The notes below the pieces were generated by a model. The model ran no database searches, was not told the DNA's origin, and worked only from the letters and a program-made list of their open reading frames with translations. Shown piece by piece: positions 25,273 to 38,262 of a DNA stretch of 64,000 bases. Each line of letters begins with the position of its first letter. Position 1 is the stretch's first letter. Made by a program: the position numbers and the translations under genes. Source of the stretch: Cenococcum geophilum (lineage: Eukaryota); contig CP158636.1 of the NCBI GenBank assembly GCA_050273025.1, forward strand, positions 1,426,001 through 1,490,000, written 5' to 3'.

Positions 25273-26013
25273 CTTATAGGGCCTCCTCCCATCTATAAAT
25301 ACTCCCTTTTCTATACCTTCCTCTCTTCTTTTTTCTTCTTCCTTATAAGAGCTAGAGGTGCTCTAATACTCCTCCCTAGTCCCTACTAAGGGATCTATTA
25401 GTTAATATAGTAATATAAATAGCATCGGATAACGAGACGAGCGAGAGAGAATAGAAAGGACGGAGGAGCCTCTGGTATATGTTAGTTAAGTAATATTACT
25501 AGCTATATTATGGCTGCCTAATCTTCTATACTTATAGGCCTTTTCCTATCTATAAATACTTCCTCCTCTACACCTTCCTTTTTTCTTTTCTTCTTTCTTA
25601 TAAGAGCTAGAGGTGCTCTAATACTCCTCCCTAGTCCCCATTAAGGGATCTATTAGTCGACGTGGCGATATAAACAGTATCTAATAAGGAGACGGGTAAG
25701 GGAGGAGATAGGAAGGATAGAAGGACGTCCAGTAGGTATTAGTCGTATAACGTTAATATCTATATTATGGCTGCCTAATCTCCCGTTTATAGGCCTCCTC
25801 CTATTTATAAATACTCCCTCCTCTATACCTTCTTTTCTTCTTCTTTCTTCTTCCTTATAAGAGCTAGAGGCGCTTTAATACCCCTCCCTATTCTCTACTA
25901 AGGGATTTATTAGTTAATATGGCGATATAAATAGTATCAAACAAGGAGACGGGTAAGAGAGGAGATAGAAAGGACGGAGGAACCTCTGGTAGATATTAGT
26001 TAAGTAATATTAA
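25273..26013 (+). repeat. Tandem repeat, ~256-bp unit x ~2.9
   Basis: Units start at 25273, 25531 and 25786. Each has TATAAATA, a pyrimidine tract and GAGCTAGAGG(T/C)GCT. Confidence 0.92.
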
Positions 26014-27921
26014 CGGCGGTTTTTATTACCCAAAAATTATATTATATAACGATATTTGGGAATGCAAATATGTACCCCCATCCCACACTCATACTACTAC
26101 TAAATATTCTAGATTTTATACTTAAAGCTATTTATAATAGGCATTCCTAGAAAATCTACTAGTTTAAAGCTCTATAATTAAACGTTATTAACGTTTTATA
26201 TAGGGGTCGTTAATTAAGCTCCTGGGACATAATTTTTAAAGTTTAATACTATACTAATATTACGACCTTCTTGCAGTGGCCGAGCCACCCCTAATCTCCT
26301 CCCCCTTCTCCCCCCTCCTATTACTCGGCGCCGAGCTATTATATTATTGCCGAGCTATTACGTTATTGTACGTCTAAACTGGGTGGGCAATAACGTGGTT
26401 ACTTAATTATGTTAGAGGTCTCTGTATATAGTTATATCTCTTTCTATATACGTATTTAATTAAGTTAGGGTAGTAGACTTACTTTAATTCTAGCTATACA
26501 GCGATTTAGTTATTAGGTATTAAAAATATTTAGTATATAAAGCTTTAAATTGGAATTATAATCTACTATATTAGATCCTACGTAGAGGGCTTTATATTAA
26601 AGCTCTGCAGTCTAAATATATACTAGATTCGTGACCAATATAATCCTTAAGCCTAACTTAAGTAGGGCGCCTCGGTCACTATAGTAGATCTTTACCTAGC
26701 AGTAACTAAGGCGCCTTAATCTTACTACTACTTCTAAATTAAGCAAAAGGTCTATATAGGGGGGTCCTAGGGGGTCTCCCCCTAGAAAACCTTATCTCTA
26801 TATATATTAATTAAAGTCTATATAATAAAGCTCTAAAATTAATTAGCTTATTATTTATAAACTTAGGTTAAAATTTACGTTAGGGGATTAACGTTCCGTA
26901 TATTATTTAATTAAATTTAATATAGAAATAGAGCCTCCAGAGCCCTTACTAATGCTTTTTTTTAACCTTACCACTAATGTTATTATTAAACGTTTTACCT
27001 TTTTAACCCTCTATAGGTACGTAGGACGAATTTAGCTATATTTAAATACTATATTAGGTAAATTAGGGTTAAATTTAATTGGATAACGTTAATATTTGTA
27101 TAGAGAGATGCTGCTAAAAATTAGCAATAAAACACTATAAAGTCTATAGTACTTTCCTAATTAGGACAGCTAGCTAATAGTGTAACAATTAGCGTACCTT
27201 ACCTTGCAGTTAGCGGACAGCGAGCGGTTTAATTGACGTAGTTAGTTAGCTATAAAAGCTGAAGCTCGCAGCTAGCTAACTGTTAGACACACTAGCTTCA
27301 AGTCTGCAACTTTATAGTTGGAGTAGTTAAGAATTAGACAGTCACGACACTAGTGGCATAAGTAGACGGTAGTTTGTAGTTTATAGTAAGTAAAGTTTAA
27401 TTATAATACGGTAAGCCGTATAGCTTTATCTTATACTTTTAAGGCGTCTAATTAATTTTAAATATCCTATTTATGCTATTGTAAATTAATTCTAATTCTT
27501 AAGAACTTATAAAGCTCTTAGTATAATAACTCCTAAAGCAATACATTGTGTATTAGAAGGTGAGTTATTGCTCTTATTTTATTAGGATAGTAGATTAATA
27601 TATATATAGGACAGGTCCGGTCCTCTAGGGCTTCTAATAATAACGTTATTTATAAGCTTATCGTGATATACTTATCGTTATAAAGCGATATAAATACGAT
27701 ATTGGCTTATAAATATATATACTAGCGTCTATATATTGCTTGGCGGTGTCTATCTTGGCAACGCATAATGCTAAGACCTTCTATAATATTCGCGAATATT
27801 AAACGCGGTTACTATGTAACTAATTCACTTTTTAATATTGTTAAACTTATTAATATTTAATATTTATTTGTTTAAATATTATTTTATAACGCTATTACTG
27901 CTTATAACTATTTTATTTTAT

Positions 27922-30900
27922 TGTCGGGAATAAGGCAAGCGGTCATTACATAACGCCGCGGCACTAGCGTGGCGAGGAGTCTTAAGCTCCTCGCCCTTCC
28001 TCATTCCAATCAATAAGCTTTATTAACTAACATTACTATAACCTACTCGAGTAGTTGTTATTGGTGAGTCACCTTATATAACTAATACTAATTAGTGGTT
28101 AAATATATAGTTAACTATAGAGCAGCTAGGTTTTTAAATAGAAGAGACAGTCTTATATAGGGGTGCTATATACGCTTATATAGAATAGATCCCGGCGATA
28201 TTATACCACCTTAAACTTGCGGAAAACTAGTAATAGAAGTGTTACTAAGTACTAGGAGATACTAAGTTGCGTTTATTACGTAGAATAACCGCGTTTATAA
28301 AGATTTAGTTAAGTACTTTAGGTTAGAAGTGTTACTAAACCTAAGGTCCTAAGTTAATGTCTAAAACGCGTTAAATAACCTTTAATAATAGCTATTATGG
28401 CGTTAGCCTACCTAAAGAAGTATAAGGACGACATTAACCTAGAGATATAGAACACCAATATAACTAACCTTAAAGATATTAATTAGCAAGACTTAAATAG
28501 ATTCTTACTATACCGTATAGTATATTATAAAGATAGCGAATATAATAACACTATGCTATAGTACTGTATAAGGGAGGACTTTATTAGATAGATAAAGGGA
28601 ACATAAACTCCTATAAAAAAAGGATATTATATAAAACTTTTATAACTTCTTATGGGAGTATGAAGTGTTTATACCTATAGACGAGGGTACTATTAAAGAT
28701 AATATTTAGGAGTAAGTTATTAATGTAAAAGAAGAGCATAAATAGACTCTATAAGAGATTAAGTACCAATTGCGCACTATAAGGAAGCTTAACTTACGAT
28801 AGAATCTAAGTAATATACTAGAGATAAATCTACCTCTACCTTTAACTCTGTATCCAATTTAACCTATAACTTTAATATTAGATACTATACCCTAATAAAA
28901 GCAGGTATAAGATCCTATTGCTTCGCAATTTAATAACCTTTAGACTCCACTAATTAGACCTATATCCCCACTATAGCTTATAATACAACCCCTACCTCCT
29001 TTATCTTAATCTTAAATTAAAGGTAGTTTAAAATTACGTATAGAGCTTATAAAGCTCTATTTAGATTAAGAGAAGAAGTTTAGTAGGAAATTATATAATG
29101 TTCTTAATTTAAAACTATATATCTTCTATAACTATTACTAAAAGGTAGAAATAAAGTCTAATTAATACTATAACGCCTATTCTGTTATGCTTAAGGGCCA
29201 AGCTAGTACCTTCTATTATAATCATTTAGTAGGAAAAGGATATAATTTTAACCGCATAATATATAAGTTAAGATGCCACTTTAAAATAAAAGAGAATAAA
29301 TAGCAGTATATATTAGAATAGAGAGAGGTTACCTTTTTAAGGATTATTGCTATAAACCTAAGTATCCCTCGGCTTAATTATCTTTAAAAGCTCTTTAATT
29401 AACTTTAAATAATTTAGTATAGTTTATCTAAATTATATTAAGAGGATTTTAGCTTATATAACTAAGTTATTAATATATACTAAGGTGTTAAAGAATATAA
29501 CCTTACATTTTTTAATCCTATAAATACTTATAAAGGTATATATACTTAATTAAGATCTTTTATTAACACTACTCTACGCTCTTAAAAAGGATAGCAATTT
29601 AATGCCTAACTTTAACTTATTTTAATTAACCCGCCTAACTAATATAATTATAACTAGACTAATTAAATATATAGTAGCCGTAGTAGGTAATATAGTAAAG
29701 GGTATAATTAATAATTATAAGGTAAAGGTAGAGGTCCTTATAAAGGTTTATTTTAAAGTAATTTCTAAAAAAAGTGCTATGTTTATAAGAAACCAAATTA
29801 CTAGTTAACTAAGCATTCTCTAAATAAATAAAAGAAGGTATATAATAAGTTTTGCTAGAGTATAAAAAACGTTAAAAATTATAAGGTTACTATAGCCTAC
29901 TTTTAAAGCTTCCTAGTTTAATATAAAGGCGTAAAAGGTCTTAAAGGTAAGGTTAATAAGGCTAAACAGCTCCTTATAGATATAGAAATTAAGGACTACT
30001 TACCTAACCAATACTTTATTAAGTATGGCAAGGTAAATAGTATATAAACTATTACTGTTCTTAATAACTAATCTATACTCTATTCTATTATAAAGTTAGA
30101 TATCTTTAATAAGCTAAAGGAGAGCTCTATGTTCTCCTTTAATAATAAATACTTAGTAAATGTCTTTTATAGTATTATACCAGATACTAGAGCCGTAGGA
30201 GTATTTATAGTAGAAGAACCTTAAGTTTAAGCCCTTTAGCAGCTTAATAGCTTTGTTTAAATTAACTATTTAACGGCAGGCCAATATATAATTTGTTTTA
30301 GTAAGGGTACTATAATCTCTTTTAGCACAATTAGGGTCCAAACCCTATTAGGGCATATTACTTTCCATATTATTCCTATAAATACTTTATTTTTATTTTA
30401 TATTAAAGATATAAATAAATTAGGCGTTAAGCTTAATAACCTTAAGAATATACTTATATAGGGAGATAATTGGGTACCTGTTATACGCAAGTAGGGTTAC
30501 CCTTAGTTACTCCTTTATTAATTAGAAAAGAGTATTGCTTAAAGCCACCTAACTAAATTAGAGTTACGTTAACTATACCGTTATTTTAGCCACCTATCTA
30601 TTTATTAATTACTTAGGGTTTTTTAGCAAGTAGGCTATAAAGTTAAAATTAAGGTAATTAAGTATCTTATAAAGTACTATTATTACTACTAAATAAACTA
30701 GAAGTCCCCTAGCCGATTTAAGTTTACCCTTAAAAATAATTATAACTTTAACTTCTATATTATTATTAACGTTATATATCTTAGCGGCAAGCTAGTACTC
30801 TAAGTTATTAACTTCTTACCCTTTTTTTAAGCCGTATGTTTTTTAAAGGATATATTAGCTAGGAACGCATAGGATACCCTTTAATTATACTAGATTAATG

Positions 30901-33762
30901 TCTACCTAGGACCCCCTAACTAAATTATTTATAATATAGGAAAGAACTTCTTATTTATAGAGTTTTAATAATAGATAAAAGTAAAGGCAATTAAGGTTAA
31001 GGAAGTCTCTATTAAGGCATATAATAGTATTAAAAAAGTAGAGCGATATTATATGCTATTACGCCACGTATATAAGATTATCTCTTTAGAACTAGAGGAC
31101 GCTAGCAAAGAATTTACCTTATAAATAGCTATTAAAGCTATTAACAATTCCGCTAGCCCGGATAAACCTATACCTATATTACTAGTCTTTAGCGCCTACC
31201 CTTAAATAACTAATAATTCTTTACTATCTCCCTCTATTATATAATAAGCTAAGGCTATTTATAAGGCAATAAAGGAGGTATAACGTCTCTACGCTATATG
31301 CTAGGTTAACGATGTACTAGGAATAAGAAATAGCCTAAATACCTTAACTATACTTAATCTGCCACTCTAGTCTAAAGTACGCGTATAGCGTAAAAAGGGA
31401 GGATAGTTAGGCCCATATTAACTTATTATAATTAATAGTTAAACTTATACTATTTAAATGCCTTATAGACCCACTTAATTCCATTTAACGATTATTAAGC
31501 CTTACTATAAAGATAATAGTTTTAAGCCTTTATAGGATACCCTAAAGGAGAACTATAATTAATATGCTTTAGAAGGCAACTATAATTCTAATATAATTAT
31601 AGTAGAGGTCGCCTAAAAGGATTACAAAATCGCCAATATCTTATTAATTTTAAAGAGTAATTTATTGCCGCCATTAAGAATAAAGTTAAGTTATTAATGG
31701 CCTTTATAATAGCTAAGGAGAAGGCTAACTTTAAGCTTATAAAATAGCTCTAAAAGGAAGGCCATATTATAACTCTTAGAGCTCCTTTTTAAGTATCTAA
31801 TAAGTAGGAGATTAATAGTCTTATTATAAGAGGAGTCTTTAAATTTAAGAAGTATAACCCTACTAAGTTTAATAAAGTTTGTATCTTTAAGTTAAGAATA
31901 GTTAATAAGATTAAGGGCAAAGCTACTAACGCCCTATTTAAGAAATTAAGGCTTATTATCTAAGGTTATAACAATAATAGTAAGGAGGTAATTCTTATAT
32001 AATTTCTTATAATTTAACGAGCTAGTTAGCAAGTTATTATTACACTAGCTCCCTCCTTAATAAAAAATAAAATGGTAGTCTATTTATAAGATATTACTTA
32101 GGCCTACACCCAATTAAAGATGTACCTTTAGCGCTTAATATTAGTATACCTTTTAGAGTAAATTCGCTACCAATATCCCAAAGATATAATTATGGTTATG
32201 CTTAAGCCATTATATAAAATTGCAGAGGCAGGAACTTATTAGTGGGCTACCTACAGCAAGCACCATAAGGAGAAACTTTTAATAACTACTTTTATATTTA
32301 ATCTATATTTCCTTATTATAACCACAGGAACCCTATTTAGAATTATTAGTATATAAACTAATAATATAATTATTTTAGGAGACGACCAATTTTTAGCTCT
32401 TAAAGAAGATAAGCTAATAAAGGCAAATCTTATAGTAAAGCCAAAGGAAAAGCTTAATTTAATAATATTATTACTTTTTAATGGATGCATCCTCTCCTTA
32501 AATGAGGATTCTATTACTTTACGCTAGAAAGGTTAAGGCAAGAAGATTAACGTTATTAACGTTAACTCTCTAAAATAAGGATATATAGAGTAACGCGCTT
32601 ATAAAGCTTATATTACTTCTATCTATTAACCTAAGGCTTTATTTAATCTCTCTATTACCGCCTAATACTAGGAACTAACTAAGGATAATATTCTTACCCT
32701 AAATAAACGTCTTTTCTAGTAAATAAACCATTTTAATTAGGGACTACTCTATATGCCTATTAATCTTCTTACTATTAAGCTCTTTGTATTTATTAATAGA
32801 TCGTTTATAAATAATAAAGATTTTAGCTCCTAGTTAGGATATAAGATTATTATTATAAATAAGTCTACTAGAAAGAATAACTTTATAATTTACAGCAATT
32901 TTATTTATTAGAGCTTAACTAAGAGTAAGTATATTACTTAAAGCGTTTTAGTATTAGAGATATATAGAATAGTTAGCGGAGTTAATATAGTAATCGTAAT
33001 TAGAACTCCCCTAAAAATAATTATAGATTAACTTAAACTTCCTACTATCCCTATAATCGTGTGTACTAACTTATACTCCCTCTATAAGTGTTTAGTTAAG
33101 CTTAGTACTATAAAGAAGAAGCGTCTTATAATTAATATTATAGTACTTTATTAATCCTATAAATGGTAAAAGCTCTTTAAGATTTAATAAATTAATAGTT
33201 AAGATAACCTAGTAGATATAATAATAAAGGTAAACCTAAATAAGGCTTTAGAAACGTTTATTAATATAAATACTTTATATATATAAGTTAAAGGTTAGAT
33301 TAAAAGGGAGTAGGAATATAATAATCCGCAGACCCTAATTCTAACCAGCTAATTAAGATTTTCTATCCCTAGGATAGAAAATTGCTATTAGCTCGCTTAA
33401 AACTAGCGCCTTAGCGGCCCTAATATAATATCTACCTATAACTTCTAAGTAAGAAAGTACCACGTGCTAAAAGGCAAATTTTAGGATAGTGAGACTTATA
33501 TTATAATAGTAATAGTAAATAAGGAGGATTAATATTTATTACGCTAGTTAAGCAGTATTTATATATAGATGGCAACTATAAAAGAAGAGTTGCTAGTGTC
33601 GGGAATGAGGTAAGCGGTCATTACGTAACGCCGCAGCACTAGTGTGGCGAGGAGTCTTAAGCTCCTCGCCCTTCCTTATTCCAATTAATAAGCTTTATTA
33701 ACTAACATTACTATAACCTACTCGAGTAGTCGTTATTGGTAAGTAACCCTATATGACCAATA
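27922..33762 (+). mobile_element. Full-length Ty1/Copia retrotransposon (GalEa-like), copy A, RIP-inactivated
   Basis: 166-bp LTRs at 27922-28087 and 33597-33762. TSD TTTAT. Order IN (HNSIxKVERYH ~31020), RT (DITQAYTQ ~32090; PLYGIAEAG ~32207), RH (FVDGSFANNKDFSSQLG ~32790). CTAATTAG palindrome directly after the 5' LTR. Confidence 0.95.
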
Positions 33763-34546
33763 TTTATTTAATGTCTAATGCAGTCCTAAGCTTGGTCTAT
33801 ATAGATAAATACCAATAAGTTAGATACAAAAAACCTCTAAAAAGTGCGACGTAAGAGGTAATACAGTGTGTACCCCTCTAGGTAGTACGCCCGTACTATA
33901 TTAACGGGAGGAAAAATACCGTTAGGTCGCTGCTCTAAGACTCCTATAAAGGAGTGTCCTAATTACCTATCTTGCCTTATCTGCTGCTTATACCATACTT
34001 CTATTTAGTAATAACAATAATTATATAACTATAATTAGCCCTATAATTCCGATTATTATATAATTAAAGAAAGTGATTCTAATTTAATTATATAGTTATA
34101 TTAATTACGTCTTTTAGGTACGGTTCTTTACGTAATATTATCTATATGTAAGTTATTATATATAGATAATATACTTACTTTAGAGCTTACTTAGAGCTCC
34201 CTACTAAAGCTCTACCTCTCCCTCTTTTTATTTCCGCTATTTCCGTAGCTAATTATATAGTTATATTTACGTAATATAATCAATAGGTGCGATTATAATT
34301 AGGTTAGTTATATTCCTATATAATATAATATAATCGTAACTAACTAACTAATTATTGCTATTACTACTTCTATCTAAATTAAGAATACTATAAAATTGAT
34401 ATTATCCTACCCTTGCTCCCATACTGCTTATAACTAATTAGAATATTTATACGCGGATATAATCCTAATAAGTAAACCTATCCAGACGACCTACCTTAAC
34501 TATACTATCGTCTATAACTGTTATACCCTCCTTTATTAGTCCTATA

Positions 34547-35800
34547 ATGCCCTCTAAAGCTAATATATAGCTATTACCATAGAAGAATATAAAATTACTA
34601 AAAAGTAAAGAAAATAAGCCTAAATAAAAGGGAGATTTATAGGTATAAGAGAGAGTGTAAAGCCCGCTTAGTAGAGGAGGCTTATTAATATAAATACCAC
34701 TAGGCTTAAATAGTTTAATTATAATTAGGCTTAGCCGCTTTAGCCTTATAAGCTACTATAATAGCTACTATAGCTAATAACCTTAGTAAGCCTTTCCCTT
34801 CTAGTATAAAGTCGCTTAAACTTTGCTTTCTTAATATTATAAAAGGAATTACTTAGATATTTTTATAGGTACCTTTAATTTAGTAAACCTTGCCCACCTT
34901 TAAGTTTATACTACTTAAATTAAGATTGTTAATAAGATATAAATTAAAAACGGTACTTTAGTTATAAGGAAGGTAAAAGTAGATAGGAAGCTATTTATAG
35001 ATAAAGGCATCTAGTTTAAAGGCTTTACTAACTATATAGTTATCGCTAGCACCCTTTATATATGCCCGCTAGATCTTATTACTAATATACTTCTCTAAAT
35101 AAATATAATTTATACCTTATTAACCTATTATATCTAAATAGGTTATATATTTAATCTAGTAAGGCTCTATAAAATAGGCCTCTATACCTTTACGCGGTAA
35201 ATCCTAAAAACTTAGTAGTAGTATATCTAAGAGTTAGTACAACTGCCAGTATTACTGCCAAGAGGTTAATAATATAAGCAGTTAGCGAGCTTATAGAGTT
35301 ATAATAGTTAGTTAGCTATAAGACTATAGCTAGCTAATAGCTCGCTACCTTATTAGTAAGATTTAGTAGTAAGTTAAAGCTTTTAGTAGAGTTAAAGATA
35401 TTTAAATCTTTAATTAAGATTATATACTAAGCAATAAGAAACCTATAGGAATCTCTTACTTAGCTAGGGTAAATAAAGCATTTTCTTTAATATCTTTATT
35501 ACGCGCTATATATAAGGTATATTGCCTAAATATATAGTAGGGAGTAAGTAAGCTAAGTATAGGTTATAAGGGAGTTAATAGAAGAGGACGATATAGTAAA
35601 GAGTAGGTATAGTAATACCCTAGTATAAAGACGAACCAATAAGGAAGGAAAGGGCTATAAGCCCGAGGTGCTTATAAGGAGATACTAAGCCTAGCCTTTG
35701 GCTAGGCCTTAGCTACCCCTAAGCGGCCCTTAGGCGATATACCTAAGTAAGGGTTAAAATTACCCTTATACTATAAGCCTATTCTCCTATACTACCTATA
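34547..35800 (+). mobile_element. Probable remnant of a tyrosine-recombinase (Ngaro/DIRS-like) retroelement: gag-like ORF1 plus hairpin-rich end
   Basis: De-RIPed DIFIGTFDPVNLAHL...IENGTLV.RK...IWFEGFTNY.VI resembles ORF1 of fungal YR elements as I recall them. Hairpins GCCTAGCC-TTT-GGCTAGGC (~35689-35707) and AAGGGT...ACCCTT (~35749-35768). No RT or YR motifs seen. Confidence 0.45.
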
Positions 35801-36002
35801 TAAAATATAATATATATTATATTTTACACATTAGCTAGGTAGTAGAGTTTCTTCCTTTACTTTTTTCTTTACTTTTTTTATTTATTAAATCTATAATCTA
35901 CGTATTACTTAACTCTAATACCGCGTAAAGTTTATAGATTAACTACTTTCTCCCCTCTTCTAATTAACAATAATATCAAATTGGGTAATTAAGATAATTC
36001 TA

Positions 36003-36900
36003 TATTGCGAGAGCCTCTTCTAGCTAACTAGAACTACGGCTATATTATAGCACTAGTAGAAAACAGTAGAACTTAGTTAGCAGAACTTGGCAGAACTTTA
36101 CAGCTATCCTTATTAGCAAGTTGCCACAGATTACCATATATTGCGGTTACGTAACGTAAAGACCTTATAAAATATTAAGCGGCGCTACTTCTCTTCTCCT
36201 TTCCTTTCTCTAGCTTTAGATTCTTATTTATAGATAATCTAATTATATAGGCTTACGCGTTTCTCTTTCCGTACTTATGCCTTAATTAACTAAGTTGCTA
36301 ATATTATTTAAAGATTATCTACCCTTTTTTTTAAAGAAGGAACTTAAATATATTTAAGAATAAGAACTAGGATAAGAATAAGAATAAGGACTAAGACCTA
36401 AAAACTAGAACTAGAAAAAATATAAAAAGAACGCAAACCCTAAAAATAAGATAAGCATAGACTAAAACCCCTAAAGAATTTACTTAAAATTATCTAATAC
36501 CTTTACTACTATGCTAAGAAATATAGTAGCTAGCAAAGTAGCTATAACGTTTCCCGCCCCAACGTCGCTATATAGCCACAAAGACACGGAGTGCTTATAA
36601 ACTTATTGTAAGCGCGGCGGGATCTAATATATATACTCTTATAGGAGCTATAGGACCTTTAAATACCTTAGATAATAAAACAGTTAATATCTTAAACCCC
36701 TAGGCAGAGCTAGTAGCAGCTAATACTAAAATTAAATAACTATAAGAGCTACTTAAAGCTAAAGACACACTAGCTGTTATAGAAGTAGGCATAAGCTAGA
36801 ATACAATGTACTAAATAGGGTAGTAATTAAAGAAGGCTACGTATGCATAACTATACGTAGTTAATATAAAAACATTTAAATAAAGAAAAAGAGTCTTTAT
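36003..36900 (+). mobile_element. Possible truncated LTR, 5' UTR and gag start of another LTR retrotransposon
   Basis: LTR-like segment with TATA and pyrimidine tract (~36003-36303), short AAGAA(T/C) repeats, then a coiled-coil-like reading ELVAANAEIEQLQELLKA (~36708-36760). No partner LTR or TSD. Confidence 0.3.
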
Positions 36901-37029
36901 ATACTAGATACGGGTATAAATAGGGGTTGTAGGGGTATATATATAGGTGTCTCGGGATGAATATAAGTATAGGTTAAGAACGTCCATCGGGAAAATATTC
37001 GCAGGATAAGATTTAAGTAGACTTTGGTT

Positions 37030-38262
37030 TTCGCGTTTCGCGTAATTAATATGCAATTTAACTAACTTGACACGCAATTAACCAACTTAACACGTAATTG
37101 ACCAACTTAATATATCCAAAAGTTAAATAATACGTAGTTAACCTACTTGATAACTTTAAAAGCTAACTATATATTCCTTAATACGCAGTTAACCTACTTA
37201 ACATATTTAAAAGTTAAATAATATATAGTTAACCTACTTAACAGCTAACTCTATATTCCTTAACACGCAGTTAACCTACTTAATAACTTTAAAAGCTAAC
37301 TGTATATTCCTTGACATATAATTAAGGTAAAGTTATATACTAATTACGCAAATAAATTTTTACACAGTTTTATTACTTAGAGGCTCTGCACGAGGCTCTG
37401 CGCGAAGCTTTGCGTATAGAGGCTCTACACAAAGCTTTGTATTGGGTCCCTGCTATATTCCTAATTGCATTTATATATACCTCTGCCCTATATAGCTACC
37501 TTATTTTTTACCCTTTCTTCCTTATATCCTTCCTACCTAGGGAGGCACCAGAATGGCAGCTAGTAGAGGACCGTCGCCAGAACTAGACGACTGTCGCTAA
37601 AACTAACCGTTGCTAGAACTAAACGACCGTTGCTAGAACTAGATAACGACCGTTTAAATAACCAGCTAGCAAACACCACGAATAATTCAATTAATTAATT
37701 AATTGAATTGAACCAGAGCTTTGATATTGGCCCGTTACCGAATCGAATTAAGGCCTCCTAGGGAGGCACCCTAGATAACTACCGTTTAAATATAATCAGG
37801 GCCTTCAATTAGGCCGACCCCTCCTTAAAATTAAATTATATACTAATATAGGTAGGCAGGCAGGTAGGCGGGTAGGTAGGTAGGTAGGTAGGTAGGTAGA
37901 AGACGGCCATTACTAGAACTAGACGACTATTATAGTCGCTAGATAACCGTTACTAGAACTATATAACTGTCGCCAGAGCTAGATAACCGTCGCTAAAGCT
38001 AGAACACCGTTACTAGAACTAGACGACCGTCGCTAGAGCTAGACGATAACGACTAGCCAGCGAACACTATAAACGATTTAATTAATTGATTAAATTAAGG
38101 AGTATAGATAGGTAGGTATAAACAGGGAGATGCTAATAGGTAGGTAAATGCAGATAGGCAGGTAAATGTAAATAGGTAGGTAGATATAGATAGGTAAGTA
38201 GATATAGATAGGCAAGCAGATGCAGATAGGTAGGTAAATACTAATAGGTAGGCAGATATAGA
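37030..38262 (+). repeat. Minisatellite composite block related to 56083-58030
   Basis: ACGCAGTTAACCTACTT repeats (37045-37320), a short GCTCTGCACGAG run (37380-37437), the shared TATTGGGTCCC.GCTATATTCC spacer, 20-bp GAACTAGACGACCGTCGCTA repeats and (GGTA/GGCA)n. Confidence 0.85.

Noticed and set aside
27181..27349. Possible solo LTR (TGTAACA...ACGACA)
   Set aside because: It has TG..CA ends, but the flanks (AATAG and CTAGT) give no TSD and there is no second copy in the window.
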